Shown in pieces: positions 8,870-18,738 of a stretch of 32,000 nt of DNA. The stretch spans positions 60,001 to 92,000 of the forward strand of contig NW_008806278.1 in the NCBI RefSeq assembly GCF_000400465.1, given 5' to 3'. Both the position numbers and the translations under genes were made by a program. The notes under the pieces were generated by a model. It was given only the letters and a program-made list of their open reading frames with translations, was not told where the DNA came from and searched no databases. The stretch comes from Wallemia ichthyophaga EXF-994. Its lineage: Eukaryota > Fungi > Basidiomycota. Each line of letters begins with the position of its first letter. Within the stretch, counting starts at the first letter, position 1.

Positions 8870-11354
8870 ATGTCCTCCATCTCCCGGCTCAAATACTCGG
8901 CCGAAATCGTCGACGCCCTGGCCACGCGCAAACCCATCGTTGCGCTCGAGTCCACTATCCTCACTCATGGCTTGCCCACTCCCCTCAACTACACTACGGC
9001 CACCCGACTAGAAGCCGTCATCCGCGAACAAGGCGCCGTACCTGCGCATATTGCTGTTATTGATGGTTGTCCACGTGTCGGTCTCTCTGATTCCCAACTG
9101 TCCCATCTCTCCCTCCACTCCGGCAACCCTCTGAAGATTTCTCGGCGCGACATTGCTCCCGCTGCCGCTCTCCACAGAACAGGCGGCACCACCGTCGCTG
9201 GCACTATCACTCTCGCCGCTCATGCCGGTATAAAGCATTTCGCTACGGGCGGTATCGGTGGTGTTCACCGCAACGCCCAGAGTACTTGGGATGTCAGTGC
9301 CGACCTCATCGAACTCAGCCGCTCACCCACTCACGTTATATGTGCCGGTGCGAAATCTATCCTCGACACTCCCCTCACTTTGGAATATCTCGAGACTCAC
9401 GGCGTCACTGTGGCCAGTGTAGGTGAAGCCGCCCAACCAAACTACAACTTCCCCGCTTTCTACTCCCCAAACAGTGGTCATCACGTGCAGTACTCCCTTT
9501 CACCCCTCCAGGCGGCGCAGGTGGGTATTGCGTCGCAGGGTTTGCAAAGCGGTGCTCTCTTCTGCGCTCCCATACCCCCGCAGTACGCTGAACAGGGCAG
9601 TCGTATACAGATTGCTGTCGAGAGAGCCGTACAAGAAAGCCAGCATGCGAATAACAACATACTCGGAAAGGATATCACTCCCTGGCTCCTCAATCGCATC
9701 GCTCAACTCACTGACAACAACTCCATACACAGCAATATCGCCCTCGTCGAAAACAACGCTCGAATCGGAGCACAAATTGCCGTTCATTATCATAGATTGT
9801 TGGAGGACAAGGAGAAAGACGACAGAGTGGGCGAGAAGATGTATCCAGTGGGTGGTTCTAGTGGTTTGGGTGCTTTGAGTGGTTTGAGTGATGCTCCATC
9901 AACACCTCAGACACAGGCAAATGTAAGGGCAAGGGCTATAGCTGAAACTGAAGCTGCAATGATAGCTAAATCGGGAGTTAAAGTGGGCGCCAAAGTTAAC
10001 GCAAATGCACAAAAAGATATACCACACACTCACACTCCCTCTCACACCTCCGCCCCTGCCGACATAGTGATCATCGGCGCTGCAGCTATAGACGTGACAG
10101 CGCAATACGATAGTAAAAGTGAGCCACACAGCACATCGCCCGGGAGAGTGACAGTGAGCGCTGGGGGTGTAGGGCGTAACATCGCCGAAGCGGCTGGACG
10201 GGTGCTGCGAGGGGCAGCTGGTGGGAAGTCAGCCATTCTCATTGCGCCGGTGGGAGGTAGCAACACCAACACCAGCACTGCTGACCTCCTCGCCAACTCC
10301 CTCCGCTCATCCGCTGCCGCCCTCCATATGCGCACCGATGGCTTCGTCGACCCACCTCACAACACCCTCACTCCCGTCGTCAACCTCCTCTTAGACAATG
10401 AGGGTGAGTTGCGCGAGGGTGTGGCTTCTTTTGATGCTCTTGATCAGATGCCTTTTAGCGAAGTGAGTGTTTGATTTGATTTGATTGTAGGCTTACTCAC
10501 ACTTACACTCCCACCAGGTCGAAAAAGTACTCGAAAAACACTCCCCACACATCATTGCACTCGATGGAAACGTCAGCGCGGGTGTCGTGCGCCATGTGCT
10601 CAGTTATGCACGTGCACGCGCCATCCCCACCCTCTACGAGCCCACTAGTGTAGCGAAAAGTGTGCGTGTGTTGGAAGCTTGGGAGATGTGGGAGGAAGCA
10701 GACTCACAATTACAATCACAACCACACTCCCAACCCCTCCTCACACATGTCACACCCAACACTCACGAACTGCGCGCAATGACGCAGAGCACCTCTTTCG
10801 CGCGTGTTAGAGAGAGTAGTGCGTACTGGGAGGCTCTCAATGCTCTCCGCCTCTACCAGCCTTTCCGAGACGCTTTGGAGAGGTGCCTCCCGCGCCCCTT
10901 TACTCAAGATGGTATCGCACAGATGGCCGTCATGCTCCTGCCCCTCACCAAACATGTTGTTGTCAAATGTGGCGCAAAGGGTGTGCTACTTGTGTCGCAT
11001 GTGCGCGAAGATGAGTTGGGCGAGGTAGGTATCGACGGTGCGCTCCTGTCAACCTCCAAGAAAGATGCTCGAGTGGTACATCGCGTGGATACTACTAGCA
11101 ATGCTGACTCCAACACTCACGCTGACGCTCAATACGTCCTCGTCCAACACCTCCCTCCCCACACACCCGATCGTCTCGTTAATACTACCGGCGCTGGCGA
11201 TTCTTTCGTTGGAGCTCTCCTCGCCGCTCTCGCTCATCACCAGCCCCTCACCAAAGCCATCCATCTCGCTCAGGATGCTGCTTCTCTCACACTCGGTTCG
11301 AAAGATAGCGTTAGTGCTAGATTGCACTACTTGGGCGATGATTTGCATTTGTAA
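8870..11354 (+). CDS. Bifunctional pseudouridine-5'-phosphate glycosidase (PsuG/IndA) - pseudouridine kinase (PfkB family, PsuK)
   Basis: PsuG motifs VALESTILTHG, GGIGGVHR, DVSADL, AGAKSILD. PfkB motifs AGGVGRNIAEA, DGN, NTTGAGDSF. Intron 10463-10517 (GTGAGT...CACCAG) joins the two ORFs in frame. Confidence 0.93.
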
Positions 11355-11528
11355 TTTTAGTTTGGCCTTAGTTTTAGATGTGCTTTTAGAATATACTCCA
11401 CTCTCACTCCCTCTGTGTGCGTCAAGTTGTAAACCTTCTCAGCTTACACCAACACACAAAAAAGCACACTTCGAAAATAAACGAATAAAGTATTATCAAG
11501 AAAAAGAAAAGTCAGCATCACCGAAAGC

Positions 11529-11533
11529 AAAAA
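11529..11533 (-). terminator. Pol III oligo-T terminator for tRNA-Asp
   Basis: T5 run on the minus strand 6 nt downstream of the tRNA 3' end. Confidence 0.6.
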
Positions 11534-11539
11534 TAAATG

Positions 11540-11611
11540 CTCCCTGTCTGGGAGTTGAACCCAGCTCTCCCGCGTGACAAGCGGGCGTACTAACCGATAT
11601 ACTAACAAGGA
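11540..11611 (-). tRNA. tRNA-Asp(GUC), intronless
   Basis: Minus strand TCCTTGT...ACAGGGA acceptor stem, D arm TAGTATATCGGTTAGTA, anticodon arm CCCGC-TTGTCAC-GCGGG, T arm CTGGG-TTCAACT-CCCAG. Confidence 0.98.
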
Positions 11612-11906
11612 TTGTTGATACAGCTTTCACCCTTAAAAATATATACCGAGTAACATTTGCCTGACACTCAAAGAGTCCCCAATTGTTTTTGTGACCACTG
11701 GCTAGTTTTCGTTTTACTGCACCTCTTCACTCTTTAAAGCAAGCCATCACCTCAATGTTCGCTGCGAAGGCATTACTACCGCAGTGACACCGCTCTAAAT
11801 AGCAAAAAGTGAAAATTAGAGATCTAACGCACATATTCGCCTATATAATTACTAGGGAGTGTACATTTTGCATGCAAGTTAGTTTTCAATGGGCGTACAA
11901 GTGATA

Positions 11907-11933
11907 TCGAGAAACTTGAGACACTCGAGATAC
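11907..11933. repeat. Degenerate 9-bp triplet TCGAGAAAC-TTGAGACAC-TCGAGATAC
   Basis: Read directly. Confidence 0.7.
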
Positions 11934-12225
11934 TTAGTCAAGCGAACAGCACAATGAAATAAAAAATTACAGACAGCTACACACACAAACACCATATTCT
12001 GAACACCCCACCCCATCGAGCCATACCACCCTTATCGAAAAACACACCTCCATCACCAATCAAGCAGCGAAGAAGAGGTGCACCACAGCTACACAACAAA
12101 ACACTCGCAATACACTCCAGCAATCCCCAAGCACCGCACACAAATTTTAGGAAGTATCATCACTGTCACTGTCTTCGTCTTCACTCACTCACACCACCCA
12201 AGTAAACTATAGTAACGTTTCGAAA

Positions 12226-13211
12226 ATGAGATTCTACGAGCAGAAGTTTCCGGAAGTGGATGAGCTGGTGAGTGAGGAAGGCTGCGTTGAACACACTAAC
12301 AGGCAGAGCAGGTGATGGTGCAAGTGCGTCAAATAGCAGAAATGGGTGCATATGTGCAACTGGTGAGTGTGGATGGAATAAGTGAATGAACCCAATTAAA
12401 CACCCTCACCCAGCTCGAATACGACGGTATCGAAGGAATGATACTCCTCTCCGAGCTTTCACGTCGTCGCATAAGGTCAATCCAGAAGCTGATCAGGGTC
12501 GGTCGCAATGAAGTAGTCGTTGTGTTGCGTGTAGACAAGGAGAAAGGCTACATTGATCTTTCCAAGCGTCGTGTGTCTCCGGAAGACGTACTCAAGTGCG
12601 AAGAACGCTTCAACAAATCCAAGGCAGTGTCGTCGATAATGGCACACGTTTCAGGTAAATTGGGCATCGACGCTGAAAAGATTTACTCAGATGTAGCTTG
12701 GCCTCTGCATAGAAAATACGGCCACTCTTACGATGCTTTTAAACTGTCCATCTCTGAACCAGACATGATATTCAATCAATTAGAAGTCAGCGAGGATATC
12801 CTGCGCGAACTCAAGGCAAACATCTCAAGAAGACTCACTCCCCAGCCTGTCAAAATTAGATCTGATTTGGAGGTTACTTGTTTCGGGTACGATGGTATTG
12901 ACGCTATCAAGGGCGCGCTCAAAGCTTGCGAATCCCTCCAAACTGAATCTATCCCTATTAAGATTAAACTCGTCGCTCCACCTCTCTACGTCGTCAGCAC
13001 TACCAGCACCGACAAGCAAGGCGGCCTTTCTCTCCTCGAGAAAGCCGTGCAGGTCGTTCAAGATGAGATGAAAAAGTATGGCGGCGAGGTTAACATCAAG
13101 ATGAAGCCAAAGGCCGTGTCTGAATCCGAAGACAACGAGCTCCAGGCCCTCATGGAGAGAGTCGAGAAGGAGAATGCTGAAGTGTCGGGCGATGAGTCTG
13201 AAAGTGATTAA
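12226..13211 (+). CDS. SUI2: Translation initiation factor eIF2-alpha
   Basis: Exons 12226-12267, 12312-12362 and 12414-13211 give [53 protein letters not shown], with the phospho-acceptor Ser51 context intact. Confidence 0.98.
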
Positions 13212-13300
13212 ACGGGGTGCATTGTTAATGCATAAATATTTTCATTTTATATAATCCAAAAAGAAGAGAAAACGTGAATCATTCTATACGTACTTGCGCA

Positions 13301-14943
13301 CTAAGCAAACAGACGCTTAGTGTAGCTGTTCAAACCGTGGACACCACCTTCCAGCTGAGCTGAGGCAGTGCGCAACTCAAACCTAACCTTACCATCTTTG
13401 ACTGACTTTTGCAGCTCAGTGATACTCTTCTCACCCATATCCTGGAGGGAGTGTTGGAGACCATTGTAGAGATAAGGTAAAAATTTGGTGATCGAGCCCT
13501 TATCAACAACATCACCACTGACACCTTGTGCCACCTTGACTGAGTCAGACTCAGAGAAGTAGCGACCACTAGCAGCATTGTCCTTAGTGTCACTCTCAGC
13601 TGTTGCGCTCTTCTTCTTGAGCTTGTGCTGCATGGCATCAATCGAACCCATTCCACGGTAAGCCTTCACGCGCTGGCCTTGATGGTAGAAGTATTCACCA
13701 GGTGATTCAGTCGTGCCTGCTAACATACCACCCATCATGCACGCCGACGCACCGAGGCACACCGCTTTGACTATGTGACCGACATTGCCAATACCACCGT
13801 CGGCGATACATGGGACACCAAACTGGTTGGCAAATTCTGCAACAGCGTAGACGGCAGTACCTTGTGGTCTGCCCACAGCCATGACTTCCTGGGTGATACA
13901 AATGGAGCCTTGTGACATGTGTTAGAGGGAGCAGCGTCGAAATTTCCACACCCACCTGATCCCATACCAATACGTAATCCATCAGCACCAGCGCTGATCA
14001 GCTGTGCTGCTTGCTCTCTAGTGACGACATTTCCAGCAATCACGTCCAATTTCTTAAAGTTTTCCTTGGTCCATTTGAGCATGTTAATCTGGTACACCGA
14101 GTTACCTTGTGAGGAGTCGAGGATGACAACATCGAGACCAGCCTCAACAAGCAGGCGAAGACGCTCCTTGTCTGCGTCTCTGGTACCGACAGATGCACCA
14201 CAGTACAACTGCTTAGTCTCTGGATGTTTAGATGCTAATGGGAAGTTGAGATTCTTAAGTAAATCTGATCTAGCGAGCAGTGCGCTGAGGTTACCCTTCG
14301 AATCGACGATAGGCAATTTACCCTTTTTAGAAACGCGCAAAATCTTATTGGCCTCCTCCAAGTTGATACCGTGGTTGCCTGTGACCAAGTCAGTCGTCAT
14401 AACTTCCTTCACTTCCGCGTTGAGGTTCTGGAATTGAATGTCTCTCGCTGTAACGATACCGAGGAGTTTAGAGTGTAAGGCACCCGACTCAGTTATAGGA
14501 ATACCACCAAAGCCGAGCTTATCCTTGATATCGAGTACGTCGCTCACTTTAGCCGTTGGTTTGAGACAGATTGGATCCGTGATAAAACCGTTCTCGAATT
14601 TTTTCACCTGGCGCACCATATTAGCTTGTTCTTCTGGAGTGTTGTTGTGATGAATGATACCAATACCGCCCATGAGAGCTATGTACGTAGCCATATCAGT
14701 CTCGGTGACAGAGTCCATTGGCGAAGACACGAATGGCGCTGAGAGCTCAATGTTGCGAGAAACCTTTGTCTTGAGGCTGACGCTGGCGCTGTCAAAGTTT
14801 ATGTGGCCTGGGAGTACGAGGAAATCTTGATAGGTGAGTCCACCGCGGGTCTTTGAGTCCATCAGTGATTGCACAGAGAGACCGTCTCTTTCTTCGTAGG
14901 ATTTGAGGTGTGCAAGCGCATCGTTGGCATTCATTTCTGGCAT
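13301..14943 (-). CDS. IMPDH: Inosine-5'-monophosphate dehydrogenase with CBS/Bateman pair
   Basis: ATG 14943; intron 13909-13955 restores the catalytic loop [12 protein letters not shown]. Also [27 protein letters not shown]. Confidence 0.98.
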
Positions 14944-15238
14944 TTTCAGTGAGATGCTTGTGGTTGTAGTAATGCAAGAGGTGAACGCGAACAAAGTTTC
15001 GCTCAAGTTGGCCGTCGGGGGAATTGCACAGTGGAGATAGCGGATTTAAGGGTGAGAGGCTCTAGCGGGTAATTAAGTTAGTGCTCGATGTGTCGTTCGG
15101 GTTTAACAGCTGTATCGGAGAAGATGAAGATGCGATTGGAGATATGCTACAAAGCGTAGTCTAAGAATACAAATCTCCAATCCAAATCCTCGCATCTCTA
15201 TTCCTTTTTCATCTGCTTTCCATCAGCTCTCTATCTGG

Positions 15239-15784
15239 ATGACGACGATCAGTGAATTTCCACCATTCTACACACAGCAGCCGAATGGCACTACACTATC
15301 CCAGCAACTTAGTCTGTGGCAGAGGCACATACTCGCAACATGCAAGCAGCGGCGGCAGTTCAAATTGAGTTATAGCGATGACATATGGGCGAATGACAAG
15401 ATAAAGCGTGTGTAAAGAGATAGTGTTGAGTTTATAGCTGAATAAGCTACAGGGGCTGCGTCCAAGGATTTTATCGGTGCTATCCTCGAATCAATCGTTA
15501 AGGACGGTGTAGCTGCGTTTACAGATGCGAGTAAAGATAGCGTCTGGGTGTACTGGAGAAGCTTAGCTGAATGGTCTGAAATTGTTTACGACTACGTTTT
15601 AAACACAGCACAGCTTAACACGCCTCTGACTTATTATGAGCTCACACAAGGCGAGTACAGCCATCTGAGTGAATTGCACCAATTACCTGTAGAAATCCTT
15701 AAGATGGCCATAAACATACTCACAAAACAATCCAAGGCTGCGATTATAAAATCCAGTCAAGGCGAAGGCGTGAAATTTTTCTAA
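15239..15784 (+). CDS. VPS25: ESCRT-II subunit Vps25 (start codon tentative)
   Basis: FPPFYTQQPN...W, intron 15408-15452 (GTGTGT...CTACAG), VYWRSLAEW, TYYELTQG, terminal GVKFF. Confidence 0.9.
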
Positions 15785-15802
15785 CAATTTCAATAAATAA
15801 AG

Positions 15803-16580
15803 TTACATTGGAATCTTATAATCGATGCCCTTCTTATCGAGCTTCTGCTGCTTCTTCTCAAGTGCTTTCTGGTACTTGCTTACAGCCTTCTGTTTCTCCT
15901 CCTCGGTCTTCTCCTTATTGAAATTCAATCTCTCTATTCTGTCAGTAGGCGTTGGTCTAAACTTGCGATTGGCTCCTTTGAAGAGGTGCTCGTTTATATC
16001 CTTGTCATCCAACACTTCCACAACCAGCAATCTATTCTCAATGAGGTAGTTGTTCATAGTCTCAGCTACGATCTCCGCAACTTCGAGACTCTCAAACTCT
16101 ATAAAGGCATAATGCTTACTCTTGCCTGTCTTCTTGTTACGTGATAGTCTAAGTCTCGTTATATCACCAAATTGAGAGAAATATGCTCTCATTTCATTCT
16201 CGTAGAAACCATGAGGGATATGTCCAACAAATACTACACCCCTCTTGTTCTTCTTGGAAGCTGCTTTACCCAATTTCGCTTTAACCTGGGAGTTGGTTGG
16301 CACTTTTGGCACAGGTTTGGACTCCTTTGAGATGGCTTCTTCGTCAGAGCTGCCGTCTGAATCACTGCTATCGCTGTTGTACTCGTTGATATTGATCTCA
16401 TCCTATAGATAAGTTAGCTGGTTGGTTCTTATTATCCGCTTAACATGCACCAACCTGATCTTCAAATTTATCCTCTTTCTTCCCAGCATTCTTCTGTGTA
16501 TTCTGCTGCGTAGCTTTCTTCACGTTCTCATTACCCTTTCTGCCTTCATTGATTGACTTCTTTGTTGCGTCTTTAGGCAT
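15803..16580 (-). CDS. NOP15: Nucleolar RRM protein Nop15/NIFK (60S biogenesis)
   Basis: ATG 16580; intron 16403-16454. RRM GVVFVGHIPHGFYENEMRAYFSQFG.I.RLRLSRNKKTGKSKHYAFIEF...VAETMNNYL. Confidence 0.93.
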
Positions 16581-16707
16581 AGTGTTGGTCGTACTTATCA
16601 ACAACGAAAAGGAAATTTACAATTAAAATATGATATTCAGATAGGATATGATATATTCTTTTCATCCATTTGGTATGTGCCATTTCATCTAACCGGTTTC
16701 ACAATCT

Positions 16708-18094
16708 TTAAGCATTCAAATTTGTAAGGGTAGAAGACTGGTTCGGCTGTTCTTCAATTGATACTAGTGGTTGATCCGGTTTTGTTATTGTCTCTGTTGG
16801 GTCACCATTTGGTCTGAAATAGCTTTTTCTCCGCATCTTCGTGTAATCGTACACGCCAAATTTTTCCTCCATCTTCACCCACGCAGGTTCTAGTTGTGTA
16901 ACATCCCGCTTCGGGTCACGTTTCTTGGCTTTGAGGGGGTTATCCTCCAGCAACAGCTCTTCCAATTCATGTGTAGCGTCAAAATTTGCTTTCTTTGACT
17001 GCTGGATTGTTAGAGGGGGAGAGACTAAAAGAACAACTCACGTCTGGTAAAAAGTTAGGCATTTCTTGCTTGGTCTGTAGTTTCTCCCAATCAAGCGTCT
17101 TGAACCAGGGATGAGCCATGAGAGCTTCAAAGCCGCCATCTTGACTGCAACCCAGTCTATGATCAGGATCGCGTTCCAAGAGACCATTGATAGCGCTCAA
17201 TCCTTCCTGTGAAACCTTTTCCTTAGCATCTTCAGGGAAAATGAGCTCTTGTGTCTTGATAGCGTTTGTGAGACTTGAGTTTGTCTTGGCTCTGAATGGT
17301 CTCTTATTGAAAATGAGCTCGAAGGCGACAATACCGAGTGACCACCAGTCGACAGTAGTGAAATAGCCTCTCTTTTCCAGCACTTCTGGAGCCATATACG
17401 CCATACTTCCAGCGACGCCGGTAAGCGGGCGTTTTCCAAGGAAGCAAGCGATGTTAAAATCAGTAAGGTGGGCATGACCAGCATCGTCTAGGAGAATATT
17501 ATCGGGCTTCACATCGCGATGAACGATGCGTCTCTGATGCAAGTAGTCTAGGGCTAGTGCGATCTCAGCGATGTAGATTTTGACAGAGCGTTCATCAAAC
17601 GCGCCGTTACGCTCGAGGTGGAAGCGTAAGTCACCGCCAAGTTCTAAATCGATGACCATAAAGAGATTTTCGTCATCTTGGAAGGCGTAGCGCAAGTTGA
17701 CGACGTAAGGATGGTCAATTTCCTCAAGCAAGCGACGTTCTTGGATTATGTTATCGGCAGCCCGCATTTTAACGCATTTTTCTTTGTTTATGTACTTGAG
17801 CGCGTAGAGTTTCTTAGTGTGCTTGTGCTGTACGACACGGACCTAAAGAAGCCGGAGTGAGATGAAAGCGGGGATATTTGAGACATACCCACCTTTCCGA
17901 AAGCGCCCTTTCCTACAGCTCTAAGGAGGCTGAAATGCCACAGATCGACTGGGCCTGTGCATGTGTTAGTGAGTCTGGGTAGCCGGTGAGGAGCACACAT
18001 ACCATCGAAATCAATCTTCTAGAGGAGCGTGAGTGTTATTTACAGCGCGAAGAACGCCTGAACTTACATTTGGCTTGCAGCATATGCCGCCCAT
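16708..18094 (-). CDS. AGC-group Ser/Thr kinase of the STK32/YANK family
   Basis: Five exons (18094-18068, 18018-18003, 17954-17893, 17842-17042, 16998-16708) give MGGICCKPN-KIDFDG-PVDLWHFSLLRAVGKGAFGK-VRVVQHK...HRDVKPDN...DFN...APE...-SKKANFDATHELEELLLEDNPL. DFN in place of DFG is typical of YANK kinases. Confidence 0.92.
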
Positions 18095-18102
18095 GATGAG
18101 AG

Positions 18103-18142
18103 TATAAAGCGAAGAGTGTGGAGGTGCGGAATATGTGGAGGT
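18103..18142 (+). promoter_or_regulatory. TATAAA (18103-18108) and two TGTGGAGGT direct repeats (18117-18125, 18134-18142) in the kinase/thioredoxin divergent spacer
   Basis: Read directly. Each repeat contains GTGGAG, matching the SYGGRG CreA/Mig1-type consensus. Function is inferred only. Confidence 0.3.
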
Positions 18143-18234
18143 AGAGACGGTATTTGAGGTATTATTTCAGGTTATCCATAAGAACAAGCAACAATTCACC
18201 CTTAATCCCACTCTTCCATCACTTTACACTCCAA

Positions 18235-18702
18235 ATGATCGAATTGCATTCACTTGGTGATTTAAACCAACTTCAAGCTGGCAAACTGAGCGTGATTGAT
18301 TTCTACGCTGATTGGTGTGGTCCTTGTGTCACCATAGCCCCACGCTACGAGGCTCTCTCTAAGCAATTTCCCTCAGTCAACTTCTTCAAATGCAATACTG
18401 ACACAGCGAAAGACGTGGCTGCAAAGTACAGAATTAGCGCAATGCCCACTTTTATCTTTCTTATCGGCGATAAAGTGCTAGAAACGATAAAGGGTGCAAA
18501 CGCTGCTGCGATTGAGGCAGCGCTCAAGAAGTACTCCAAAGAGCACTCCAAAGGCTCTGCTTTCTCCGGTAAAGGGCAGACTTTAGGTGGTAAGCCTGCT
18601 GCAAAGTCAAATGGCAGTTCTAGCAGCGAGTTCAACTCTCATTTGCTCATTGGTATCGCACTCCTCTCAGTCTACGCTGGTCTGTGGTATTATAATATGT
18701 AA
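18235..18702 (+). CDS. Thioredoxin (WCGPC) with SHP-box-like motif and C-terminal transmembrane tail
   Basis: ATG 18235; VIDFYADWCGPC, cis-Pro motif AMPTF; then AFSGKGQTLGG and LLIGIALLSVYAGLWYY at the extreme C-terminus. Confidence 0.92.
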   Translation: MIELHSLGDLNQLQAGKLSVIDFYADWCGPCVTIAPRYEALSKQFPSVNFFKCNTDTAKDVAAKYRISAMPTFIFLIGDKVLETIKGANAAAIEAALKKYSKEHSKGSAFSGKGQTLGGKPAAKSNGSSSSEFNSHLLIGIALLSVYAGLWYYNM

Positions 18703-18738
18703 TTTATCCTTTACTCTCACTTTATTGTCTCACTGGTA

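Noticed and set aside
11340-11365. Cryptic peroxisomal targeting of the PsuK domain by PTS1 or readthrough
   Set aside because: The C-terminus is DLHL, the stop context is not TGA-CTA, and another stop follows within two codons.
13301-14943. IMPDH as a mycophenolate self-resistance copy in a biosynthetic cluster
   Set aside because: It has the standard Tyr in KAYRGMGS and no PKS, NRPS or tailoring genes nearby.
8870-14943. psuGK, tRNA-Asp, eIF2-alpha and IMPDH as a nucleotide-metabolism cluster
   Set aside because: Mixed orientations, unrelated pathways and a general housekeeping neighbourhood; proximity is explained by genome compaction.
15217-15256. FPSALY in another frame just upstream of the Vps25 EFPPFY motif, suggesting a 19-nt non-canonical intron or frameshift
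   Set aside because: No GT/GC donor, the upstream frame is closed by TAG at 15157-15159 with no ATG after it, and ATG 15239 gives an adequate start.
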